Source: Deltaproteobacteria bacterium
GTDB taxonomy: Bacteria > Myxococcota_A > UBA9160 > SMWR01
Direction of reading: 5' to 3'
NCBI GenBank assembly: GCA_032128375.1
Contig: JAQBGU010000037.1
Location: 1-54,574 of the forward strand
Length of the DNA: 54,574 nucleotides
In this document: piece after piece, positions 9,762 through 18,093 of the stretch
How positions within the stretch are numbered: the first letter of the stretch is position 1
Layout of the letters: the number at the start of each line of letters is the position of its first letter
The notes under the pieces: model-generated
Database searches by the model: none
What the model was told of the DNA's origin: nothing
What the model saw: the letters and a program-made list of their open reading frames with translations, nothing else
Program-made: the position numbers and the translations under genes

Positions 9762-10346
9762 ATGCAAGACCTGGTGATTCGCGGCGGCAAGATCGCAGAC
9801 GGAACCCAAGCGCCGAGTTTCTCTGGAGACATTGCGGTCCGCGACGGGGTGATCGTCGAGGGTCGGGTCGCCGGCGCCTCCCGTGAGACCATCGATGCGG
9901 ATGGCTTGTTGGTGACGCCCGGCTTCGTCGATATCCACACCCACTACGACGCGCAGGCCACCTGGGATCCGCACCTGTTGCCGACCGGTTGGCACGGGGT
10001 CACGACCGCAACTGTGGCGTCGGCTTCGCGCCGGCGCGTCCAGAACGTCGCGATTGGCTGATCGGTTTGATGGAGGGCGTCGAGGACATTCCAGGTTCTG
10101 CGCTTTCTGAGGGCATCGAGTGGTCGTGGGAGACCTTTCCCGAGTATCTCGATGCGCTCGAGCGTTGCCCGCATGCGTTCGATATCGGAACCCACGTCCC
10201 GCACGGCGCCGTCCGCGCATACGTGATGGGCGAACGGCTACCGCAGCAAGATTGTCCGCGGCGAAGCCGTGATGTGTGATGGGGAGCCGACCGGTGCGAT
10301 GCCCGGCCGATTGCTGAGAGGTGCCCAACCGGCGTCGACGCTGTAG
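9762..10346 (+). pseudogene. N-acyl-D-amino-acid deacylase (amidohydrolase) pseudogene with frameshift and large internal deletion
   Basis: [23 protein letters not shown], then frame change to [28 protein letters not shown], then frame change straight into the family C-terminus [25 protein letters not shown]. Confidence 0.88.
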
Positions 10347-10408
10347 TTTCGGAAACTGTCGCGGTTTGCCGCGAAAAAAGCCGCGCGCTACGAACCGAGG
10401 AGTTCTAC

Positions 10409-11650
10409 GTGTACGAAGAATATGATCCCTACGATGACACCTGGAGGGCCGACCCCTATCCGGTGTTTCGCGCATTGCGCGACGAGCGTCGCGTCCACTA
10501 CGCGGCCGATTCCAAGAGCTGGTGCGTCTCGCGCCACGAAGACGTCGCGTACGTGTTTCGGCACCCCGAGCTCTTCTCATCGAAAACGCAGCAATTCCTG
10601 ATGCCGATGGAAGGCCGAAATCTGATCACGGGTCTTCGCCAGGCGGCTCGATTCATGTGGCAGATGAAGGTTGGCCCCCGGACGATGCGCGACTCGCGAA
10701 TGTTGATCCAGGAAGACGGGGATATTCACGCCGCGATGCGCGCGTTCGTGAATCGTGGCTTTACACCTCGCAACATCGCTCGACTCGAAAAGCGCATCGC
10801 CGAGATCGTTGCGACGTGTATGGACGATATGCGCGGTCGCGATTCGTTCGACCTGGTGACCGAACTGAATGTCCCTTTGCCCGTCACGGTGATCGCCGAG
10901 ATGCTCGGCGTCGAGCCCGAGCGCCGCGAACAATTCAAGACCTGGAGCGACAATTTGATCCAGGGGGCATCCAATCCCGATCAAGCGCTCAGCAAGCAGA
11001 TGATCGACACGATGGTCGAGATGCGCGGCTACCTGCAGCCGATCGTCGATGCGCGGCGCGCGAATCCCACCGATGACCTGATCAGCACCCTGGTCATGAC
11101 GGACGGGGAGGGCGCCCTGAGCGATTTCGAGGTCTTCTTCTTCTTCGTGCTGTTGCTCGTGGCGGGTAACGAAACGACCACGAACCTGCTCGGCAACGCA
11201 GTCGATGCGCTGCTCGACCATCCCGATATGCTCGCGAAAGTACTCGCCGATCCGGGTCTGGTTCCGGCAGTCATCGAAGAGACGCTGCGTTGGGATTCGC
11301 CCGTCCAGTCCATCACCCGGCGCACTGAACGCGACGTCGAATTGGCTGGCACCCAGATTCCCGCGAACGCGAAGGTCATTGTGTTGATCGGTTCGGCGAA
11401 CCGCGACGAACGTTTCTTCGCGGACCCGGATCGCTTCGACCTGGGTCGTGATACCCGGGGCCACCTGGCATTCGCAGTGGGCAAGCATTTTTGTCTGGGA
11501 GCGTCGCTCGCGCGGCTCGAAGCGCGAGTTGCACTGGAGGCTTTGATTCCGGAGCTCGGCCAACTGACCCGGCTGCGTCCGGAACGCGAATTTCTCGATT
11601 CGTTCATCATTCGCGGTCGGTCGCGCCTGGAGCTGCGCCGGACTGGATGA
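10409..11650 (+). CDS. Cytochrome P450
   Basis: I-helix LLVAGNETT, EETLR (ExxR), SANRDE, heme motif FAVGKHFCLG; GAGGAG RBS before GTG. Confidence 0.96.
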   Translation: MYEEYDPYDDTWRADPYPVFRALRDERRVHYAADSKSWCVSRHEDVAYVFRHPELFSSKTQQFLMPMEGRNLITGLRQAARFMWQMKVGPRTMRDSRMLIQEDGDIHAAMRAFVNRGFTPRNIARLEKRIAEIVATCMDDMRGRDSFDLVTELNVPLPVTVIAEMLGVEPERREQFKTWSDNLIQGASNPDQALSKQMIDTMVEMRGYLQPIVDARRANPTDDLISTLVMTDGEGALSDFEVFFFFVLLLVAGNETTTNLLGNAVDALLDHPDMLAKVLADPGLVPAVIEETLRWDSPVQSITRRTERDVELAGTQIPANAKVIVLIGSANRDERFFADPDRFDLGRDTRGHLAFAVGKHFCLGASLARLEARVALEALIPELGQLTRLRPEREFLDSFIIRGRSRLELRRTG

Positions 11651-11678
11651 GCGCTGACAACGAAGCGGCCGTGTTCGT

Positions 11679-12590
11679 GTGAGCCCGACGACCGGAAGGG
11701 CTGAAGTGCGCGGGCGATATCGTCTGGGACTGGGGTTTGGGCTGGGTGCGGTCGCGGCCGCCGCCGCGTTTTTCATACTTCGTGGAAGTGATTCTGATTC
11801 AGTTCCGGTTTCGCCCAGCGATCCTGGCCAGATCGTCGATGCCGAGCGCGGGCCCGCGCGACGCGCGACGCTGCTCGACTCCGCCGCTTCGGATGATCGG
11901 CTCGCGCAACTGACTCACGTAGCTGGCATGGCCGTTGACTCGCGCGCAGACCGAGTCGGCCCAATCGACCGCCCCGACTCCTTCGAGCTACCGGAGCGCA
12001 AGCAATCGGATGCCGACGAGCTTGGCGGCGCGAACGCGATCGTCTTGAACAGGCTCTCGATCGCATCCGGCAGCCCCAGCATCGAATTGTCTGGCTTCGA
12101 CCCACTGGGTCCGCGCGATCTCGTTGCATGGAGACTCAAGAATGGCCGGCGTGCGATCATTGCGCGCGGCTCGAGCGACCGGGCCGGTGAGATCCACTTT
12201 CCGGAACTGGTGGCGCCTCGCAATGGGCTGGTGATTGTGGTGACCGCAGCCGACAGCAAGCCGGAAAATCCGGGCGCTTCGTCAGCGCGACGCTCGAATG
12301 GATTGCTTCCGTCGGCGCCCGATGCGGTGGTCTTGGATGCGTACGGCTCCGAGTACGCGGTACGCATCGTTCCCAGCGAGGCGACCGGCGAGATTTGGCT
12401 CGCAGATGCGGAGGGTCGGGTGTTCGCACAGTACGCGGTTCCCAACACCCCCATCGCGTCGAGCCGGGTGCTGGATGTGACGCTCGGCCTGCTCGCCGAT
12501 GACACCCACGTACTCGTCGCGCACGTGCTCGCGGATGGCCGCAGGTCGGATTGGCGGGAAATCGAGCTGGGAACGCCGGACGGAGGCTGA
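11679..12590 (+). CDS. Hypothetical membrane-anchored protein
   Basis: 303-aa ORF with N-terminal hydrophobic segment and coding-like composition; no family recognised. Confidence 0.6.
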   Translation: MSPTTGRAEVRGRYRLGLGFGLGAVAAAAAFFILRGSDSDSVPVSPSDPGQIVDAERGPARRATLLDSAASDDRLAQLTHVAGMAVDSRADRVGPIDRPDSFELPERKQSDADELGGANAIVLNRLSIASGSPSIELSGFDPLGPRDLVAWRLKNGRRAIIARGSSDRAGEIHFPELVAPRNGLVIVVTAADSKPENPGASSARRSNGLLPSAPDAVVLDAYGSEYAVRIVPSEATGEIWLADAEGRVFAQYAVPNTPIASSRVLDVTLGLLADDTHVLVAHVLADGRRSDWREIELGTPDGG

Positions 12591-12613
12591 CGCGACGCGC
12601 CAACGAAGCGCGT

Positions 12614-12642
12614 TTGACCCGAGCGTCCAGCCCGTGTATACG
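12614..12642 (+). promoter_or_regulatory. Putative sigma70 promoter of the B12 operon
   Basis: TTGACC (12614-12619), 17-nt spacer, TATACG (12637-12642), just upstream of the riboswitch. Confidence 0.55.
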
Positions 12643-12667
12643 AACCAGACAACTAAATATGGAAATG

Positions 12668-12974
12668 CAGCCGGGTGCTCTGCGTGGGCCGGAGAATGAA
12701 TTTTCGGAACTCTTTCTTGTACTACGCAGCGCAAAAGGGAAGGCCGTGAAAATCGGCCGCGGTCCCGCCACTGTGAATCGGTAGCACCACCCGCAACATG
12801 TCACTGAACGAGGGTTTGGGAAGGCGCGGGTGGGGCGATCGCGAATCGGTCGTTCGAAGCAACTGTTCTTGACGAACAGTTCGTTAGTCGCAAAGAACGG
12901 CGCGCTTCGCGGAGAACCGTGAGCCAGGAAACCTGCCCGGCCGCTACGCAATCAGCTCTTCGCGGAAATGGAGC
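12668..12974 (+). ncRNA. Cobalamin riboswitch (class I/AdoCbl-type) including P13 kissing hairpin
   Basis: GGGTGC...AAAAGGGAA-GGCCGTGAAAATCGGCC-GCGGTCCCGCCACTGT...TCACTG...TGGGAAGG...GAGCCAGGAAACCTGCC; L5 CCGCGG (12757-12762) complementary to L13 TCGCGG (12960-12965); upstream of a TonB-dependent receptor. Confidence 0.92.
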
Positions 12975-13081
12975 GGTGCAGCGGCGTTTCGATCATTCGA
13001 CTGGCCCGCCATTCGGGGCAGGTGAACCGACCGCTCCAGCGCTTCGTCCGCGGACGGCAATTGACAGGCGTTGGAGCTTCG

Positions 13082-15217
13082 ATGCTTCACAAATTTGCGC
13101 CCCGCCGCGTGGAAACGGCGGAAGGCTTGGGTCGGACGTGCGATCGGCTGCGGGTACTCGTGACCTGCATCGTGCCGGCCGTCTGGCTTGCGATCGGCTC
13201 GGCGTCCGCGGAGCCCATCGATTCCGAACTGGAGGCGGATCGCGAACCGCATGTCGAAGAAACGACCGAGGTCACGGTCGAAGCCGGAATCGAAGCCATG
13301 CCCAGCAGCTTGACGACCGATCCGGTGGTGTTCGACGCGATCCGGCCCGTGGATCTGCCCGACGATCCGTCTGCGTTTACCACGGTGATCGAAATGAAAG
13401 CCTACGAAGGCGAGTCGAAGGATCTCGCGGAGATTCTCGGCAACAGCGTTGGCGTGCAGGTGCGGCGCTTCGGGGGCACGAGCGATCGCTCCGAAATTTC
13501 GATTCGAGGTTCCACATCGAGCCAGGTCGTGATCCTGCTCGATGGCGTGCGGCTGAATTCCGCCCAGTCCGGCGGTGTCGATCTTTCGACGGTGCCGGTC
13601 GATCTGGTCGAGCGCATCGAAATCTCCCGCGGCGGCGGCTCGGCGCAGGCGGGAAGCGACGCGATTGGCGGTGTCGTTCACATCATCACGAAACGGCCGG
13701 GTGGCCCGCCGCGTACGACCGCCGCATTTTCCGGCGAGTCATTCGGAACCTGGACAGGTTCTGCGAGCCAATCGGGTAGCGCGCTCGGGACGGAATTCGC
13801 GCTCGGGTACACCGGCTTCACCACCGACGGTGACTGGGAATTTCAGGCGGTGGATCGAGAGATCCGGTCCGGCGCTGGCGGTTTCGACTTGCCGGGGCCC
13901 GACGGCGACATCAAACGAGTGAACAACGACAGCGAATCCCACGCGGCCCAACTTCAGCTTGGGGGTGACCTCGGCAGTTGGGGACATGTCGGTCTGATCG
14001 ACAACTTCTTCTTCAGAAGCGCCGGCCAACCTGGGACGGACATCCTGGAGCAGAACCGAACGGCGCACCAGCGTCGCACGCGCAACGTGGCCAGCCTGCG
14101 GGTCGAAGCCGCCAAGGTGACACCGCTCGAACTCGACGGCGATTTTCGGGTCTTTCACCGATTCGATCGGAGTCGATTCACGGACAGAAACCCGATCCTC
14201 GGACCTGCAATCGACAGTGACGACCGCAACCACTCGATCGGTATTCGCGCAGGTTTGAGTGGGGGCTCGACGATCGGCTTTGCCGAGCAGGTTCTGTCGG
14301 TCGACGGAGAGCTCCGCAACGACCTGCTGTTCGCAGATTCGCAGCGTGACCGGAATCGTCGCACGCTTGGCCTGGTCGTGCAGGACGACGTCAGCCTGTT
14401 CGACGCAGCGATTCGTTTGATTCCTGCGCTGCGTATCGACGACACGCAGGGGTTCGGTACAGAGTGGATCCCGCGCCTCGGGGTGATCGTTCGTCCGCTG
14501 GCGTGGCTCGAATTCAAGGGAAACGTGGAAAGGTCGTATCGCGTTCCAAACTTCGACGAGCTGTATTTCAACGAAGGCGGCATTCGCGGGAACCCGAACC
14601 TCGACCCCGAGGACGCCTTCAACGCGGACGTCGGTTTCGAGCTCCGTTTCGAAAAGCTCGGCCCCGCTACCGACATGTGGCTGGAGTTTGCAGCGTTTCG
14701 CAACGAGATAGACGATTCGATCATCTTCGGCGTTCGACCGCTCGGCGTGGTGATCGCCGAAAATACCGGCCGGGCCCGAGCGGACGGAATCGAGTTGGCC
14801 GGTGGCTTTCGGCTATTCGACTGGGTCGGTGTCGGGGCGAATTGGACAACCCTCGACGCCGAATTGAGGCCCTCTGGACGTCCGCTTCAGGGGCGCGCGC
14901 GTACCGAGTATTTCGTGCGGACCGAGATCGGTCCAGCGGACCCACTGTTCAAACTGGTTGGCGAAGTCGCCTACAGGAGCGCGGTTCCCGTCAGCGCGTC
15001 GGGCAATACGAGCTTGGAGTCGGGTTCGAACACGACCTATGGATTGAGTCTCGTCGTTGACGTGGTGCAGATCCCCGGCCTGGCCGCGCTGATCCCCGGT
15101 AGTCATCTGCGCCTGTCGGCCGCGGTGACGAATCTGACAGACGAAAGCGTGCGCGACGCGCAGTTCTTCCCGCAACCGGGACGAACGCTCGCGTTTCGCG
15201 CGGAATGGGAGAGATAG
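13082..15217 (+). CDS. TonB-dependent receptor, BtuB-like cobalamin transporter
   Basis: Plug motifs ISIRGS, VVILLDGVRLN, VERIEISRG, AIGGVVHIITK; barrel SYRVPNFDELY, GNPNLDPE; C-terminal PQPGRT...W; riboswitch upstream. ATG 12968 lies inside P13, whereas ATG 13082 has a GGAG RBS. Confidence 0.9.
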   Translation: MLHKFAPRRVETAEGLGRTCDRLRVLVTCIVPAVWLAIGSASAEPIDSELEADREPHVEETTEVTVEAGIEAMPSSLTTDPVVFDAIRPVDLPDDPSAFTTVIEMKAYEGESKDLAEILGNSVGVQVRRFGGTSDRSEISIRGSTSSQVVILLDGVRLNSAQSGGVDLSTVPVDLVERIEISRGGGSAQAGSDAIGGVVHIITKRPGGPPRTTAAFSGESFGTWTGSASQSGSALGTEFALGYTGFTTDGDWEFQAVDREIRSGAGGFDLPGPDGDIKRVNNDSESHAAQLQLGGDLGSWGHVGLIDNFFFRSAGQPGTDILEQNRTAHQRRTRNVASLRVEAAKVTPLELDGDFRVFHRFDRSRFTDRNPILGPAIDSDDRNHSIGIRAGLSGGSTIGFAEQVLSVDGELRNDLLFADSQRDRNRRTLGLVVQDDVSLFDAAIRLIPALRIDDTQGFGTEWIPRLGVIVRPLAWLEFKGNVERSYRVPNFDELYFNEGGIRGNPNLDPEDAFNADVGFELRFEKLGPATDMWLEFAAFRNEIDDSIIFGVRPLGVVIAENTGRARADGIELAGGFRLFDWVGVGANWTTLDAELRPSGRPLQGRARTEYFVRTEIGPADPLFKLVGEVAYRSAVPVSASGNTSLESGSNTTYGLSLVVDVVQIPGLAALIPGSHLRLSAAVTNLTDESVRDAQFFPQPGRTLAFRAEWER

Positions 15218-16786
15218 ATGAGCCACAACAGCGTCAGCAAATTCCCTCTGTTCGCAGCGATCGGCGTGGCCGCCGCGCTTTGTCTGGGCAGCAAGTGCGG
15301 AGGCGGCAGTGGGGGAGGCGGCGGGAAAGCGACGATCGTCATCGAGAGCCCCGACGATCGCTGTACGGCGGTCGGCGACGCCTTTCCGCCGGGCTTCGCG
15401 TTCGCAGGCATCGGTGCGCTGCTGTGGGTCGTCGATTTCCCCGCGACGCTGGTCCCGTTCGACGTCAGCGCAAAGACCCCCCAGGCGCCCATCGGACTCG
15501 CTCCGTTCGCGCTGCCGGTCGACAGCGATTCGGACGGGCGCGCCGATTTTCCGCTTCGGCCCGTGTTGGACGACATCGAGATCGATTCGCCCGAACTCGC
15601 ACTGGTCACGGCGAGCTCTTACGAAGAAGTGCTGTTCTTTCGGCCGGACACCGGAGCGCTGATCCCCTTCGACGTATCCGTCGCGGCTTCGTTCGAGAAG
15701 GCCGACAACCCGTTGTTGCCCGATCCCGGAACGCTGGAATCGAGAACCGGATTGTCGACATTCGCTTGTGTGCGTCCACCCGCCGGCGCACTCGATTCGC
15801 GCGGCGATCCGATCGCGATGTCGGTTCCGGCAGCCGGCTACTGCGACCCCGCGACACCCAGTTACCGATCGTCGTTTACGTCCGGTGCGCAGATCGTCGG
15901 TGATCGCTTGTTCGTGTCGTCATCGAACCTGGGTGACGACCCGGGCACCCTGAACACGCAATTCCTGCCGGCCTCTGTCGAGGTCTACGACATCGACCCG
16001 GCGTCGAATCCACCGACAGTGGAGCCCAATGAGTTCGTCCCGGTGATTCTGACGACCGGTTTCAACGCGACTCACGTGACGCGCTACGAGGTCGGATCGC
16101 GTCGGTTCGCATTGATCACCATCACTGGCGCACTCGGAATCGTTCGAGACGATCCGGACACCGACGAGGTCGAGGCGTTCGGGCTCCCGCTGACACAAGC
16201 CGCCATCGACGTGATCGATGCGGATACACTCGAACTGGTCGCCAGCTATCCGCTCGGGTTGTCTTCACCGAGTACATCGGGAGTGACGGTCGACCCGACC
16301 GGTCGCATCGGCGTCGTGGGTAGCTTGATCGGTCGCGCGCTGCTGGCGATCGATCTGTCACCGCTCGAGTCGCTGCCCGGCTCGGTTGCGCAGCCGGTCG
16401 ATCTCGCCGGTGCGGTGATCTTCGATGCGGACGAGGGCTTCCCGATTCCTGCGCGCGCGGGTGGCGCACCTGTGTCCGCGTGCCCTGGGTTCGTTTCCGA
16501 CGTGGCGTTCGATGGCGGCACGATCTACGCGACGGAGGCGTGCGATGGCACGATCGCCGTGATCGATGTCGATCTGGACGGCAACCCGCCGGTGCCTGTC
16601 CCCGCCGATCGGTTCACCGCGGTGGAGTTGGTTCCCTTCGCGTCACCGGTAACGGCGTCGACGTTTGGCGATCGACGCCAGCCGGGTGCGATCGCCGTTC
16701 GCCCGGGGCCGCCGGGCCCGGGTCCCGAAATTGTGTTCCTGGTCGGAGACCCCGATGGCGAGTTATGCGGAGTGGACGCGATTTGA
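15218..16786 (+). CDS. Putative lipoprotein, beta-propeller-like (YncE/YVTN-type repeats), in the B12 operon
   Basis: Signal peptide ending LGSK-C plus Gly linker; blade-like strands LFVSSSN, IDVIDADTLELVASYPLG, IYATEACDGTIAVIDV; starts right after the receptor stop. Confidence 0.65.
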   Translation: MSHNSVSKFPLFAAIGVAAALCLGSKCGGGSGGGGGKATIVIESPDDRCTAVGDAFPPGFAFAGIGALLWVVDFPATLVPFDVSAKTPQAPIGLAPFALPVDSDSDGRADFPLRPVLDDIEIDSPELALVTASSYEEVLFFRPDTGALIPFDVSVAASFEKADNPLLPDPGTLESRTGLSTFACVRPPAGALDSRGDPIAMSVPAAGYCDPATPSYRSSFTSGAQIVGDRLFVSSSNLGDDPGTLNTQFLPASVEVYDIDPASNPPTVEPNEFVPVILTTGFNATHVTRYEVGSRRFALITITGALGIVRDDPDTDEVEAFGLPLTQAAIDVIDADTLELVASYPLGLSSPSTSGVTVDPTGRIGVVGSLIGRALLAIDLSPLESLPGSVAQPVDLAGAVIFDADEGFPIPARAGGAPVSACPGFVSDVAFDGGTIYATEACDGTIAVIDVDLDGNPPVPVPADRFTAVELVPFASPVTASTFGDRRQPGAIAVRPGPPGPGPEIVFLVGDPDGELCGVDAI

Positions 16787-16843
16787 GGCGAGCCAGGGCA
16801 GACGCAGGCGGGCGTGGCTGAACTGGGCCAACTGGAGGTCGGA

Positions 16844-17671
16844 ATGCGCGAAATGACAATCAGCGGTGTGGCGGCATGGGTAGTGCTGCTCGGAATCAGT
16901 GGAGCGATTGGAGCCGCCCAGGCCGCGGCGGACCCATACGTGGACTCGGTGGTCAGCTACATCCAAGGCGCCAACGGCGGATTCAACGCCGGCGCGCTTC
17001 CGGGGATCGTACTCGGCAGCCCCGCTGGCAATGGACTGTTTCTGGGCGGGCTCGATGTGGTGTCGCTCGGACGCTCGGGCCGCATCGACTTGCGTTTCGA
17101 CGACAACGTCATCGTCGATGGTCCGGGCGTCGATTTCACGGTCTTCGAAAACGCATTTCTCGAGATCGGTGCGGGTAACCTCACCGTCCCACCCTTTGCC
17201 GAACCCGGTCGTATCAGTGTCAGCCAGGATGGAACCGAGTGGTTCGCGTTCCCCTGTACGCTGGAACCCCTGGCCGCTCCCTACTGGCCGGGCTGCGCCG
17301 GTGTGTACCCGGTGTTGTCAGATGGGACGCTCGCTACACCCGATGCAACGATTCCGACCTCGCTACCGATCGAAGATCTGGTCGGCGTATCGGTCTTCAC
17401 GATCGAAGCGCCGCCGGGTTCCGGCGGGGATTCGTTCGATCTGGCGGACGTGGGCTTGGGTTGGGCGCGTTATGTGCGGATCGAAGCCGCGGATTTCGAT
17501 GTGAACGTTGTCGGCAGCGGCAATTCCGGGTTCGACCTCGATGCGGTGGTTGCCGTGAACTCGGCGGTTTCGGCCCCGGTTCCCGCGATGGCGGCGCCGG
17601 CGCTGTGTTTGTTGGCGGTCGCTTTCATCGCAGTCGGCAGAGTTTGTCTGCGCGGAACTCGAGGGCTGTGA
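16844..17671 (+). CDS. Cell-surface protein with BtuH/LIC13355-like domain and IPTL-CTERM-like sorting tail
   Basis: Signal AAA-D; VSLGxxG.I.L.F...IVDGPGVDFTVFENAF; GGDSFDLADVG..ARYVRI..GFDLDAV; tail VPAM + hydrophobic helix + basic residues; GGAGG RBS. Confidence 0.72.
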   Translation: MREMTISGVAAWVVLLGISGAIGAAQAAADPYVDSVVSYIQGANGGFNAGALPGIVLGSPAGNGLFLGGLDVVSLGRSGRIDLRFDDNVIVDGPGVDFTVFENAFLEIGAGNLTVPPFAEPGRISVSQDGTEWFAFPCTLEPLAAPYWPGCAGVYPVLSDGTLATPDATIPTSLPIEDLVGVSVFTIEAPPGSGGDSFDLADVGLGWARYVRIEAADFDVNVVGSGNSGFDLDAVVAVNSAVSAPVPAMAAPALCLLAVAFIAVGRVCLRGTRGL

Positions 17672-18093
17672 TGAATCGCAGTCAGCTGTGCAGTTTGCTC
17701 GCGTGGGCGATGATTTCGCTCGGATCGATGTGCTGGGTGGTGCCGGCGCGTGCCGACAATTTGCCCGATGTATCGGCGCACCCCTCTGGTATCGAGGATG
17801 CGAGTCTGCGCGGACCGAGCCTCTCGCAGCGTCTCGCCGAAATCCGACAGCGCGTCCAGCGAGCGAAGACTTACCCGTCGATTGCACGCAAACGTGGAGT
17901 CGAGGGTCAAACCAGTGTCGCGTTCGAGATTGATCGATCCGGCGCGCCGCACGACATCGTCACGGTGGAATCGTCCGGCCATGGCGCGCTCGACCGCGCC
18001 GCGCTGCAAGCGGTCGAACGCGCCGGTGTGTTGCCGTGGGTCTATGGTCGGGTCACTGTTCCGGTCCGGTTCACGCTGCGTGAATCGGACTGA
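17671..18093 (+). CDS. Short energy transducer TonB (C-terminal domain with N-terminal hydrophobic segment)
   Basis: YPSIARKRGVEG, SSGHGALDRAALQAV, VPVRFTL; TGATG coupling with the upstream gene. Confidence 0.85.
   Translation: MNRSQLCSLLAWAMISLGSMCWVVPARADNLPDVSAHPSGIEDASLRGPSLSQRLAEIRQRVQRAKTYPSIARKRGVEGQTSVAFEIDRSGAPHDIVTVESSGHGALDRAALQAVERAGVLPWVYGRVTVPVRFTLRESD

Noticed and set aside
12968..13081. N-terminal extension of the TonB-dependent receptor from ATG 12968
   Set aside because: That ATG lies within the riboswitch P13 hairpin; ATG 13082 has an RBS and sits closer to the signal peptide.
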